A stretch of DNA of 64,000 nucleotides from Paraspadella gotoi. Its lineage: Eukaryota; Animalia; Chaetognatha. This document shows positions 39,394 through 52,108 of this stretch, one piece after another; the first letter of the stretch is position 1; every line of letters starts with the position of its first letter. Where the stretch lies: the NCBI GenBank assembly GCA_051294375.1, contig CM119267.1:21459755-21523754 (forward strand). The letters run 5' to 3'. Position numbers and translations under genes: made by a program. A model generated the notes under the pieces. It was given only the letters and a program-made list of their open reading frames with translations, searched no databases and was not told the origin of the DNA.

Positions 39394-40369
39394 CTTCTCG
39401 AGAGAGAGAGAGTGCGTGCGAATGTTTTTTTTTAAGTTTAAATATAAGTTTCAATGTTGTATCTTTTACTTCCCTCTGAGCAACTTCAATTCTTATTACT
39501 ACCTAATATTAGTACAAAATGATATAATAGTAAATAATTAGTCCGAATCCCCGATACTACCATCGTGCGACAATGTTTAATAATAAATAAACCGTCGCCT
39601 GCTCAAAACTAAATTAATAGTTCGTGTCAAATGTGATATATTGACTTTCATAATTTATTGCATTGCGACAATGTAATGTTACGTGAGACAGCTTTATTAA
39701 ACGACAACTCCACAGTTGTCACTGTACCAAATCTCGACTAAGGAACTGTTGTCACCGAACCAAATCTAGACCATCAGAAGAGCCGATTTCACATTCCAGA
39801 AAAATGGTCACTTATCCTTAAAATGACACCCAATTGTGTGACATGTTTGTTTAAAAGTATGTGCAAACAAAGAAGATTGACATCACTGGCGGATCGCGAC
39901 GCGGCCTAGAGATCGATCCGAACCAGCGATGAACACACATTCCTTCGTGTTTCCTTTCTTGTGAGCAAGAGTAGAGAGAAGAGAGAGAGAGAAGAATGTA
40001 GAGAGCATGAGAGAGAGAGAGGAGAAGAAAGAAAGAAAGAAAGAAAAAGAAAGAAGAAGAAAGATAGAATAAAAAGATTATAGAAAAAGAAAAAAAAGAA
40101 CGGTTGAGAGATGGTGTGTGATAGTGGAAGAACTCGGATGAGTCATGAGAAGGTGAGAAGAGCAGGGGGAGTGCGGAATCGAGAGGCGCAGAAATGTCTG
40201 CGAGGTGAGAAAAGAATGAATAACAAAAAATAAACTGAAAGGGCGATAAAAAATGAGAAAGGGGACGGAGGAGAAGGAGGTACTGGGCAATCCTATCGGA
40301 GGAGGAAAGGAGGAGAGAGGAGGACGGCAGGAGCTAATGGGAGGAGGAAAGGAGTAGAGTGAGGGGGAG

Positions 40370-43300
40370 GATGTCGTCTGGTCCTCGACGAAAGTGTTGA
40401 CATATTCTCCATGATCGCGTTGGTCTCGGACCGATCCGTCTCTGTCTCTCTCTCTCTATCTCTCCCTCTCTCCTCTCCTATTCTCTCTCTCTATCTTCTT
40501 CTCGTCTCTCTCCCGAAAAACAATGGGGGTGCCCGGGGCGCCGGCGGGGGCGGATCGATAATATTTCCTTCTCTCTCTTTAATTTCTGTCTCTGTATTCT
40601 TTATTTTCAACTTTCTGCTGTTAGTTATCCGTTCACTTCCTTCAACCCTACTTTCTCATTCATATTTTCTCAGAGATATTTAAATAATCCGTTAACTTCT
40701 GTTTCGTCCTCTGACCGATTTTAACAGAGATACATGAGAGTTTTCGTCTCAGATATAAATTCCTCTCTCTCTCTCTCTCTCCTTCTCTCTCGATCTCTCT
40801 CTCTCTCTCATCTCTCTCTCCTCTTCCTCTCTCTCTCTCATACTCTTCAGCATCGTTCGTCCTGCCTTTGGAGTCTTCTACGCTCAATTCCCCCCTCTGG
40901 CCTTCCCCCCTTTTTGTTACGGGATAGCCTCTTCAGATATTCTCCTTTCCATAAAAGACGACTTTTCTGATCTTCCCATCCGGATGAAGACTCTTCCCCT
41001 TACTTTTTGCCAGACCCTGCTCTCGATGAAGCGCAATCCTCTCTCTCTCTCTCGTCTCTCTCTTCCTCTCCTCTTCTCTCTGCTCGTCTCCTCTTTTCGT
41101 CTCCTGGACCTCTGAATTTTCTTTTTTTTCGCGCATTCATGAAGCTGTTTTCCCATTTTTTCCGAATTCCATTTTCAGGACTAGAGATTTAGAACGACGT
41201 CGTTCGCAGATTTCCGAATCTTTTTTTGGAGGCTCTCTTTCCAAGAAGTTTACATTTTTGTTGTTTAACAACATCATTTTTAAACCTTAATATATAAACC
41301 TAGAAATACTAAATCCTAATTCTAATCCCTAATCTTATCACTATGCTTATTCTTAGACCTAATTGTCAGAAGAAACTTTTTAATTATCTAAGCTAATTTA
41401 ACTACATCTTATACCTAATCTAGATTCTACTATCTAACTAATTTACCTAATCTAATCTAACCTATTTCCTTATATTTTTACTAATCTAATTAATCTAACT
41501 AATTAACTAAATCATAATCTAACGGCTAAATAATCTCTCAGATCCAACTAATTAATTAATCTTACATCCCGTAACCATTCCTCTGACCTTAATTTTTAAT
41601 AAAAAAAGATTAACTATTCTTGAATTTGGGTTTTATTGTTTTTTCAGAAAAAATATTCTAGAATTTTTGAGATATAAGTGTGGCGTTCTGGGAAAATAAG
41701 CCCTTTCTGGTAATTTTGGGATAAAACAACTCACTCTATCTTTTCCTCTCACTTCCCATTATCTCTCCTATTTATCACCTCTTCGCTGTCTATTTTTTCC
41801 ACTTTTTCTCCTCTTGACGTCTATTTCTCCCGCAAACGCGCTCGCACACGTGAGACGCACCTCAGTAAGGAATAAAAAAAGGAAACAACGTCAAAAACAA
41901 CGCAAGTTTGAAAAAAAAAAAAAGAAATAAATCTCTGGCTAACTGGGGAAACTTAGGAAAGAGCACCCAGGTTCAAGAGAGAGGAAGAGAAGGAAGAAAG
42001 AAACGAGAGAGAGAGAAGAAGAAGAGAGAGAGAGAGAGAGAGGAGGAGAGAGAGAGACATTGGAACGTGAAAAGTCCGGGTTTTTGCTCAGAGAAACGGC
42101 GGGACATTCAAGGACAGAGTGTATGTGGGATGGGATGGTGAGTTTGACTGTGGGTACTTGTGGATTCCTGTTGTGGCAGAAAAATCGAGAGTGAAGCGTG
42201 CCAGACTGTACTTGGAGAGATCTCCTTCTAAGTGGAGAAGCTCTTGTAGGAAAGCGCGCGAGGCGTCGAGATGTATGAAGAGATCAGATAGAGAGAGGAC
42301 TACGCAACGAAATGAGAATGATGTCTAATACAAAAGATCAGCACAAAAAAAACAAACAGAAACGACAACGGGGATTCTTTCGATAAGAAAGAAAAAACCT
42401 GTCCTCGATCTCTCACCTCAAGCTCATACCGTGTTAGGTCCGCCTCTATCTGTGTCGACCTGTCTCAACCGCCACCCTCTTCCTCCACTTCTCTTCTCTG
42501 TCTCTCTCATCTATCCTCTACATCTCCTTCTACTCTCCTCCTCACTTCTCTCCGTCTCTCTCTTCTCCTCTCTCTCTCTTCTCATCTATCTCTCTTCATC
42601 TCTTACCTCTTCTCGCACCGAAAGCTCAGTTCTTGCTCGACATCTGGTGCGAAACGAAAAACTTTGCCTTTTCTATTTTTATATCTTTTTTTTTTCCTGT
42701 AAATTCAATCTCTTTTCTCGTGAATTCCGATTATCGACTCGCAAAATTCGCCGATGGTTTATTAATAAGAAAATACATTCGTCGTCGTCGTCCCGTCGTC
42801 GTCGTCGCGTCGCGTGTCTCCAAGATGGTCTTTTCCAATTGACATGTACCCAAAGTAAACAAGTTTTTTTTCTCCAAGCTCGTTTTCAAACATTTTGGAT
42901 GCGCAAGCGGTAATAAAGATACTACATAATAAAGATTTATTGGTAAGTTTCTAGACGGAAATTTGTTTCTAATTTCTAAATTATTATTTTGAAATTAGAT
43001 TATTATATTTTCGTTTGGTATATATTGAAGTGACCGAAAGCGAGAGGAAGGGGGCGTCCAAGTCCCAGCGGACGTAAGGATCAGCGCACCTGCCACAGTT
43101 TGATCTGGAGATGATTATAGTCGGTAGCTTCTGTAACGTCTAACGGTGCTAGAATCCCGTCGTAAATTTATCCTAGATTGCAGCTGTGACGGTTCAGAGG
43201 GACGACTCAGCCTATATATAACTAAGCGTGTTATCTACTATGTGAATTGGTACAATCATATAGAATTTTCCACTCTTAATAAATAAGCATCTGCTGACTT

Positions 43301-46300
43301 TGGACAGGCCGATATTTGTTTGAGGCTTCATCACTCTCAACAAGTAATGACATAGCAGGTCCCTGCAAGCCTTCAATCAAGATCTTATCTCTAGTCTCGT
43401 TTGTCACTCCATATTACGTAATATAATTATAAAACCATATGCTCTTCATTCTTCATTTACTTTTAAGAATACTTTCCGCAGAATCAATTTTATAAATTAC
43501 AGTTTTCCTATTCTTGGAGAAATTTTTGTATTTTCTTCGGCATCGCGTGCGAGAAGGAGACGTGACCAGATGGATCGAGATAAATTAAATGGAAACTAAA
43601 AATAAATTTAAAAACCTGAGTTTGAGCATTATAACAGCTTGATGCGCGAGGTCAATTGCTGATTATTGATAAGGTAAAGTGACGGTCATAATTTCTTTGC
43701 AATAATTCAACTCGAACTTGGTGATCATTTTAATTTATTTACAAAATAATATTCTTTGAGTTCTATTCCATTTCCATGGATTGTTTCCTGTATATTTTCT
43801 CTCGGTTTTTTTGTTTTTGCACGAAGTGCAAAACGCACTGCTCAGTCCTTCTATTATCTCTTTCTCTCTCTCTCTCCTCTCTCTCTCGTTCTCTCTCGAT
43901 TCCGGATCATCCATGTCTCTCTCTCTCTACTCATCATCTCTCCTCGTCTCTGCTTCTCTCTCCTTTCTTTTCTTAATTTTTTTCTTTGTTCGTCAAATTC
44001 TCAATGAGACAAGAAAAAAAAAGGATCTTTCAAATCCAATAATATCTGGGAGCCTTTTCCGAGTCCAGCCACGCAACACCGGAGAAGATAAAAAAGCATA
44101 AGGAACAGAAAGGCGAAAGAGAAAATTTAAAAACAGAGAGAGAAAGAGAGAAGAAGAAACAAGGAACCGTAACTCCACCCAAAGTGTTGCGGCAACATTG
44201 GAATTGATCCTTTGTTTTTACAAGCCTCACTTTTAAACTATAAAATTTTAGTCGTTTTAAACAAGTATGAAAATATTATTCAAATTCATTTCTAGTGATC
44301 ATACCAATAATTAACTAATTGATAAGCATTAACCAAGTATATAGTATTTTAATCATTTGGACCAACGGCACGGACAAAATACTGACCAACCGACCTCACC
44401 GACAGATCGACCGAAAAGTGACTTATAAGTGATCCGCCGAGGACTCGCGGGTAAACGACAAAGAGTTGTTATCAGCGAGTATTCACGGCGCAGGTTTACC
44501 CTGCCAAGTACTTTTAAATTAATTCTATCTTGATTAATAGTTGCCGATCGCGACCCACCCAAAAGTCAAAAAACAAAAGAGACACAGCCTTTTAAACACA
44601 AACGCAGATTGCAGAAAAGAGACTGCGTTATCTCGGAAGGTGCGAGACCTTCACAGCCATTGCGTGCGAATACGCATAGCTCCTTTTTGCACGCATTCAA
44701 ATGTGCGTGCAATTTTACATCTCGGATCAAAAATTTAATGTTCCCTTTTTCCTTCGACGAAGAGAAATTTTTGAAACTGGTTTTTTTATAATCGACTACG
44801 GGCTAATGGAGACTCCATGCTATTTGGCTTATTTCGCGGCATGGCTGGAAATTTGGGAAAAAAAGGTTTTTCGATCTCTCCAGTCTTTTCGTCTCTCTCC
44901 TCTCTCTCTCTATCGTCTCTGGATCTCAATCCTGTAAACGTGAAATGTGATTAATATAGATGAAAGGTTACTGGTCTGATGAACTGAATGTTTACTATCT
45001 TCTCAAGCGAATCTCTCAGTCAAGCTAGGCTTCTAGCAGAAGAGAGAGGAAGTCACGGAGAGAAGTGAGCGACGAAGTCTCTCAACGTCAGAGACAGTCC
45101 AGTCCGTCTCGAGCAGCATCCTAGAGTCCATAAGAGCACGACCCAATGGCCGCTGCGCATAGCCAGGGCCGGAGTGAGACTTCGTAGAACTTTGCGCGGA
45201 GACTTCCCGCTACGACTATGCGCGCCTTCAGGTACATCTCGACATGGTCTCGCGCGCGTATGGGCGAGACATCCGCGATGATAGAGTCCATGGCACTCAG
45301 CGCTCGATGAAGGACAGACAAGATCTATTCACTCTAAGCGGCCAGGAGTGCAGGTCAGAGAGCGGATAGAGAGAATCGACTTCTTTCTGCGGCGGTTACC
45401 CGCTATTGTCGCACAGAGACGCGATGCCGTTCCGGTCTGTATGGCGTAATGAGTACGTCGACTCGTGAGGCAGATAGCACTCTGGTACGTCTTAGCCGCG
45501 GTGATCGGATGCTCCGTAGCTATGACCTGCGTCACCACGTAATCCCTTTTTGCCATTCGATATTAAATATCTCTCTCACTTTTCGATCGGCTCGCTACAT
45601 ACGAGACCCAGTAAGAGCGATATGAGCTAACAAGCTGACTATAGATAAGATAGGGTCAGCTCACAGGCTCTATCGCGCTGAGGTGGAGAACCGGAGATAG
45701 GACGATTAGCATGAAGCGTCAAACGAGACTAGCTGCGAGAGTATCGTAACACGCAGCATGGTGCATGTAATCTAGGAAAGGTCCCACAAGAGCCATCCGC
45801 GGCAGAGAGATGAAAAATCACCCTTTTCGTGTTTCTGCCATCAGGTCGCAGAATTCAGCTGTATCTTGGCAGAGATATGGCTTGATGGAGCGGACAGGAA
45901 CGATGACGCAGGAGGGACCCGTGAAATAATGTCCCTCAATAAATGTTGCTAAGAGGCATCTGAGACGTCTGCGTCTCCTATTCTGCCGGTCGCAAGGGTC
46001 TCGGGTCTTTATATACAGGTAAAACAGATCACGATTATCCTCTCGTCTCGTTAGCTACTCGATAAAGTTTCTTCTCTCTTCTCTGCTTCTCTCCGAGTCA
46101 TCGAAACGGGATAGACTATAGAATAGCTTATCATTCCTTTGATCCCGGAAGATTAATTTCAATTGCGCTACCGTCGCTAGCTAATCTCTTCGAAGTGTCG
46201 TTCGCAGTGGCGAAACTCAAAGGAGACTAACACTAGTACGTATTTCCCATGCACGTTGGTCCTCTCTCGTCTCGTAAAGAAGATAAACGAACAACCTCAT

Positions 46301-47400
46301 GTGGACATATATTAATGCAGTAAAAGCGGAAAAGAGTTCCTCCGTCACTCAGCCATTCCAATGACTTCGGGAAATTTGTACCATGTTAGATTGAGACAGT
46401 GTCACAAGACGTAATCGGATCGCTGACTAACAACCTCGAACTCGCAACAAATATTATAATAGAATTCATCAGTGAGATTAGAAAAATATATTGAAACATA
46501 TATCGGGTAACTTCTTAGAGTTTAACCTATTCATTAATATTCTAAAGCTATCCTCATTCTTAGCCTATTACGCGAGAGAATTGTGTCTAAAATTAAAACT
46601 CCAGAGAGAAAAGAACAAGTGAAATTTATTCAAAGATAACAACAATGTAGAATACCTGATGTGAAAAAAAAATGGAATCTGAGGAGAATAAATTGCTACC
46701 CAAATATAGGTATACTCTGAAAAAACACAATGACAGTCTCTCACCTAACTGTGAATTCGAATTTAATATCTTAGCTTCACCAACGAAATCGAATAAGCGA
46801 ACTAGATAACTGGGATCCGATGGAAACTGAGCGTCAGCGCAGAGTTCCCACTATCGCGAGTTTTCCATCCCAATGAAATCGATACACACAAGAAGATACG
46901 ACACGACGAGACGACAACTATACATCGAGTAAGTACGTATTTTCGTCGTGGAAAAGCAAGCGACGAGACATACGTGGTATACTTACAAATGACGGCGCAC
47001 CGAGAAAGACTCTGAGCGAACGACCACCAGCCGGAAGTTTTAATTAGAGCCAAGACGCCGGTTGAGGACGAAGACAAAGAAGAAATAAACGCCGGGTGTA
47101 AATCTCAGAAACTTCAGGTATTATTCCGCGCAATTTATCTCTGAAGATGTATAGTATTCATACCCGAGTTTAACTGTACATCATCATATTATTTCTAAAT
47201 ATAAATAGTGTAAAATTATTTTATTTTTGATCTATTTTATCCTACTTCTTAGTCATACTCATTTCCTGAATAGACATTGTAGTTTTATCTTTCCTTTCGA
47301 AATAATATTCATTATTTTCCTTCCTATCTCTCATGTCCACTTCTCTTCACGCATTCTCACAGTCGAATCCAATTCACCCGAGTGTTTTAACTATTCTACG
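40370..47400 (+). other. Noisy direct copy of ~55066-60360 with a low-quality unalignable interior (~44930-46100); probable raw long-read fill
   Basis: Colinear landmarks with dense indels; includes a corrupted Net/Atoh8 first exon at ~46815-47120. Confidence 0.85.
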
Positions 47401-47879
47401 GAGTAAGTTGGAGTTGAAGTTCATGGAGACTCTGTCGTATGATATGAGTTTAGATCAGACATCGGGAGCGGCACGTTAGTAAGGAAGGGCGAATAGTATC
47501 CAAAGAAGGGATTCTCTGAATCCAGATGTGTCAGCATCTCAACTACTTAGTAGAGGGATTTCGGAGCCGTGTGTATCGATTGCATGAGATACGTACCGCG
47601 ATCACCTCTGGCTGCGGTTCTCTCTCTACCTGTTACTTTTCCTCTCGTCTTACTCTTCTTCGTACTCTGTTTTTTTAATATTGCTATCTTTCCCCATTCT
47701 CTGCGGATCCCATGTCCTGTGATCTTCTACCTCAGCTTCGACAGCATTCTTTGTAATCACTTCCTCCAGGTTGAGTTTCTGAGTGGCGTAGTGAACCTGG
47801 CGAGAAGGCCTCCCAGGATTTATTGACTTTGAAGATCTTTTTGTGTTTCTTATTGTACTTCATATCCGAGGAATTTGAC

Positions 47880-47950
47880 GGAACCAATAGAAAAAAATAA
47901 AAAAGCAGAGAGGAGATGCGGGATAACAGGAGTGAATGAGCGCGCGAGAC

Positions 47951-48020
<70 letters not shown>

Positions 48021-49900
48021 AGAAAGAGAAATTAGCAGATATACGAGCAGGTGCGTTTTCACTTCGGTAATTTGCAAAAAAAACAGAGAGAGCTCAATAT
48101 AATCAAGCGTATCATCATCCGTATTGCAATGAATCTCTCTAGTGACATCAAAATATTTTCATTTTGGTAACTAATTAATATCACCAATCGTTCGATGTGA
48201 GATTATTGCTAGAAAAATAATTTTCGACTCACTTTCTTATCAATACAAGCAATGCTCGGGCTGCATCAAGTCGCTCTAGTTTAAAGTAATCTCAAATCAG
48301 TTGAATTTACTATTTTGTAGTCCATTTAATTTCATCTCTATCCATCTTGGTCACGTTCTCCTTTTCTTCGCACAAGCCGGCGATTGAGCTGACGGAAAAG
48401 AAGGAATTAAACAAAAATATTCTTCGAAGCCAAGAAAATTATAAATTTATAAAATTCGAAATTCTTGCGAAAAGATCTTAAAGTCAAAATGAAAAGAGAT
48501 TGAAGGAGCATATGTTTCTTCACTTCTAAATTTCAATAATCATTACATCAAAATGCGATTACATTATGCGCAAGAAACGAAGTCAAACGCAACCTGTACG
48601 CAATTAGTTCTTGATTCGCATATGCTTGCCACGGAGCATGTGCTATGGTACATCTGAATCTGTCTCGTGCGAGATGTGCCAGTGGCAAGACCTCGAAAAA
48701 CAATATCTGCCTTTCGCGAAAGTCAGGTGCGCAAAAGATCAGCTGTATGTTTATGTTGAATATTGAGTGGGAAATAATCTATACTGAAATTGTACCAATA
48801 TTCAGTATTATGTAGATATATCGCGTTAGTTTAATAAGGCTTGAGTCAATGTCCCTTCTGAACAGTCACAGATGCATTTGGATAAGAATTTTACGACAGG
48901 GAAGTTCTGAGCACCTGTAGAACGTTGATCAACTATGATCTACCGACTAAAAATATGCTCCAGAGCCAACCTGGGCCAGCGTGGCTGGCTATCCTTAACC
49001 GTCCGCTGGGCATTGGCGCCCAGCCCCTAACTCGCTCTCGCTTCTTGCGGTCAACTTCAAATAATATACCAAACACGATAATATATAAATAATTCTAATG
49101 TCAAAATAATACATTTTAGAACTTAAAAAAATTCCGTCTAGAAACTTCCCAGAATAATAGTTAATTTGTAGTATTTTATTCCCGCTGCGGGATCCAAAAT
49201 CGTTGAAAACGACTTGGAGAAAAAAAAACTTGTTTACTTTGGGTTAATCGAATTTTTGAAAGACCATTCGTGGAACGACGACGACGAACGACGCGACGAA
49301 CGACGACGACGACGACGAAATATTTCAATTATTAATTAACACCGATCGGCGAATTTGCGGTTCGAATCGGAATTAACATCGAATAAACGAAAATAAGAAA
49401 TTTTGAAGATTATAGAACATTACAGAAGATAAATAGAAAATTAGTGCAAGTGTTTTTCTGGTTTTTTCGTCTAACTTCAGATGGGTCGGGTCGAGGCCGC
49501 AGTTTTAGTTATTATCTGGTCCGGATGGTCTGTGTTTGTTCTTTGGGGAGCCAGAGAGAGGAGAGAGAGAGTGAGAGAGGAGAGAGAGAGATGTGAGAGA
49601 GAGGAGGGAGAGCGAGAAGCAGAGAAGGAGAGAAGAGAGTAGAGGAGAAGAGAGAGAGAGTAGGCTATGAGGATGAGGGGTGGGGTTTCAGATTGAACGA
49701 GAGTCGATGACTATACTATCTGGTATTCGAATTCTTTAGTGAGATGATCGAGGACGCAGGGGTTTTGTGCTTATTACTATCTCGAGAAATCGTTGGTGTC
49801 TTTTGTTTGTCTTTCGGTTATCGTTGCACTTCTTTGTGTATGTTTGATCGAAGTGATGTCAGCTCAGCGTTATGACGCAGTTTGTATGCTCGCTTTTCTC
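47880..49900 (-). other. Very noisy inverted copy of ~56800-58520
   Basis: For example TCTCTATCCATCTTGGTCACGTTCTCC and AAACTTGTTTACTTTGGG are reverse complements of ~58135 and ~57415. Confidence 0.8.
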
Positions 49901-51072
49901 TTTGCTCTGCTTTCGTGTGTCGGTTTGGAGTAGCTCTTCGACCTCTTCGGGCTCTTGTCCGTTTAAGAGTCAGTCGTGGGATGCGCTCGTACTTAGTGAA
50001 GGAAGTATCTGATCTCGCATATATTCTGCCCTGTTACTGTGTGTTTGTTTCCTCTCTTCGTCGATTTCTCCACGAAGATTCCACCAGTTACCTCGGCACT
50101 GGTCCAAACTGTCTTGCACCATGGTTCTTCGGCCGGCCGTGGGCCGTCGTGCTGCGAGCATGAACTCTCCTGGTTTTTTGTGAAGTTCTGTTCGTGTTTT
50201 TCTGGTTTGTTTGTTTTTGCGTTTTTGTTCCCTTTGCGATCGCTGCTTCTGTTGGTGTGGGGTCCACCGTTGTTTTTTTTGTGCTTGTTTCTTTTAATGT
50301 CGCAGGTGATTTTGGTGCGTTCTCGGCCAGAGGTCAAGACACCCTGGGCCGATCCGCGTGAGCGCTGTTCGAAGGGAATTAAAGGCCGCTCGTGGCTCGC
50401 ACGCAGAACGGAANNNNNNNNNNNNNNNNNNNNNNNNNATGCCCAAACGCGAGACCGTCCTAGGAGTAACGCGCGCCAGTGAGCTGGAGTGCGTCACGAG
50501 GGCTGGAAGCCCCCAAAGCCAACAGTTGAGATGCCCCATTCCCCCAATGGAGGCTATCACAGGCAACCCGGCTGTTGCCATTAATATTCTTCTTTTTTTT
50601 TCACCTGCTAAAATTCTCGTTTGCTTCCTCTCCCCTTCCTCGCAATTGATTTCCACTCTCGGCTCCCGCGAAGCGCGGAAACCTTGATCTTCCGCGTTCT
50701 TTCGCTTTTCCGCCATCGATCGTCGTGGCGTGCGTTGACTCGACGATGCTGCCGGCTTCATACCGGAGCCGCGACGCTGGCGGCGAAAGAGGGGGAAATG
50801 GCGATGTGACAGACGGTTGGTGCGTGGCTGAGTTGCGTTAAGGATCACGACTAAAAAACCAAGATAGTCTATATGCAGACAATATAGTTAATTTGTTAAA
50901 GGCCATTGCTTAAATTAGTATTTTGACAAAAAAAAGTAAATGATGTTCTAACTTCCCGTTCCCCTTATTTCCCGCTTATTTAATATGTTAAAAGTAAGTA
51001 AATGCTAAAGGGAGAAAAGCCAAAGACACAATATAAAAGCTAAAAAAATTAAAGTTTAATTAATTAATAAGA

Positions 51073-51156
51073 CGCGCTTGACAGGATTTGAACCTGTTTG
51101 CCACGGCAAACCGTAATGATTTCTAGCAGTCGCCTTAACCACTCGGCACAGACTGC
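51073..51156 (-). tRNA. Error-laden copy of tRNA-Ser(AGA) 36457-36538
   Basis: Lies in the inverted noisy duplicate; probably not an independent gene. Confidence 0.4.
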
Positions 51157-51487
51157 TTCTTGCTTACCCTTATTTCTAACCACCTAAAGTTTTCTCTCCC
51201 AAGATATTATTACAGTGTGCAGGATTAAGTTAATGAAAAAATGCGTATACAATATTAAAATGGAACAATTTTGACAGATGAATAAAATAAATACAGTTGA
51301 TATATTGCGAAACCTGTGCAGTGTGCACAGAGGACTGATTTGCTGGTCAGTCGCCTCCACTATTCACGACAACTTGCTCCAGATTTTTTACTTGAACTAT
51401 CCAAAAGTTTTTTCACCTCCAAGCAATTTAACATGAACGAAAAAAAGGTTAAATATAAAAATGTTTGACAGTTTGAAACAAAACTAC

Positions 51488-51570
51488 TGCCAGTTGACAG
51501 GATTCGAACCTGTGCACGGAGACCGTAACTGATTTCTAGTCAGTCGCCTTAACCACTCGGCCACAATTGC
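51488..51570 (-). tRNA. Copy of tRNA-Ser(AGA) 36067-36148
   Basis: Near-intact reverse-complement cloverleaf within the inverted duplicate. Confidence 0.55.
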
Positions 51571-52025
51571 CCTTAAAGAAACTTCCTTATCTTATCCACT
51601 CAAACGGCACCTCCCGTTCAAATACTTGACGACGCCAGATGAGCCCTCCATCAACACCGCCCTCTCCACGCCCTCTATCGGCCTTTCAAAAAAGCGAAGG
51701 TTGTGTCGCGACGATGTTCTCGCGTTCCTCTGAATCTCGATGCCCGCGAGTTCGACCAGACGGCGTTAAGTCGACCGGGCTTGCGACCGAGGCGGGGAGG
51801 GGGGAGTCGATGACGATAAGCCTATGGGGTGCGGGTATAATGGGGAGAGGAGAAGGGGCGCAATGAGGCGGCAGAAAGTAAAAGTTAGTAGAAAGAGGTA
51901 TGGCTGTAAGAAGACAAGAATTAAAGGGCGGGAAAAACTTTTTTGATACTTTTTTCGATGAATGGACATTATTTCCTGGGTAAGAATAGAAAAAGGGAAG
52001 TATCTTAAGACCCAAAAAAGTTAAA

Positions 52026-52108
52026 CGCCAGTTGACAGGATTTCGAACCTGTGCCACGAGACCGTAACTGATTTCGAGTCAGTCGCCTTAACACTCGGCC
52101 CAACCTGC
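52026..52108 (-). tRNA. Error-laden copy of tRNA-Ser(CGA) 35559-35640
   Basis: Lies in the inverted noisy duplicate. Confidence 0.4.

Noticed and set aside
33021-39541. Long ORFs containing X runs
   Set aside because: Open only because of N gaps
44930-46100. Balanced-GC unique segment that might be foreign DNA (also 47400-47870, 50440-50830)
   Set aside because: No coherent ORFs, and it sits inside noisy read-derived duplicates; most likely low-quality read sequence
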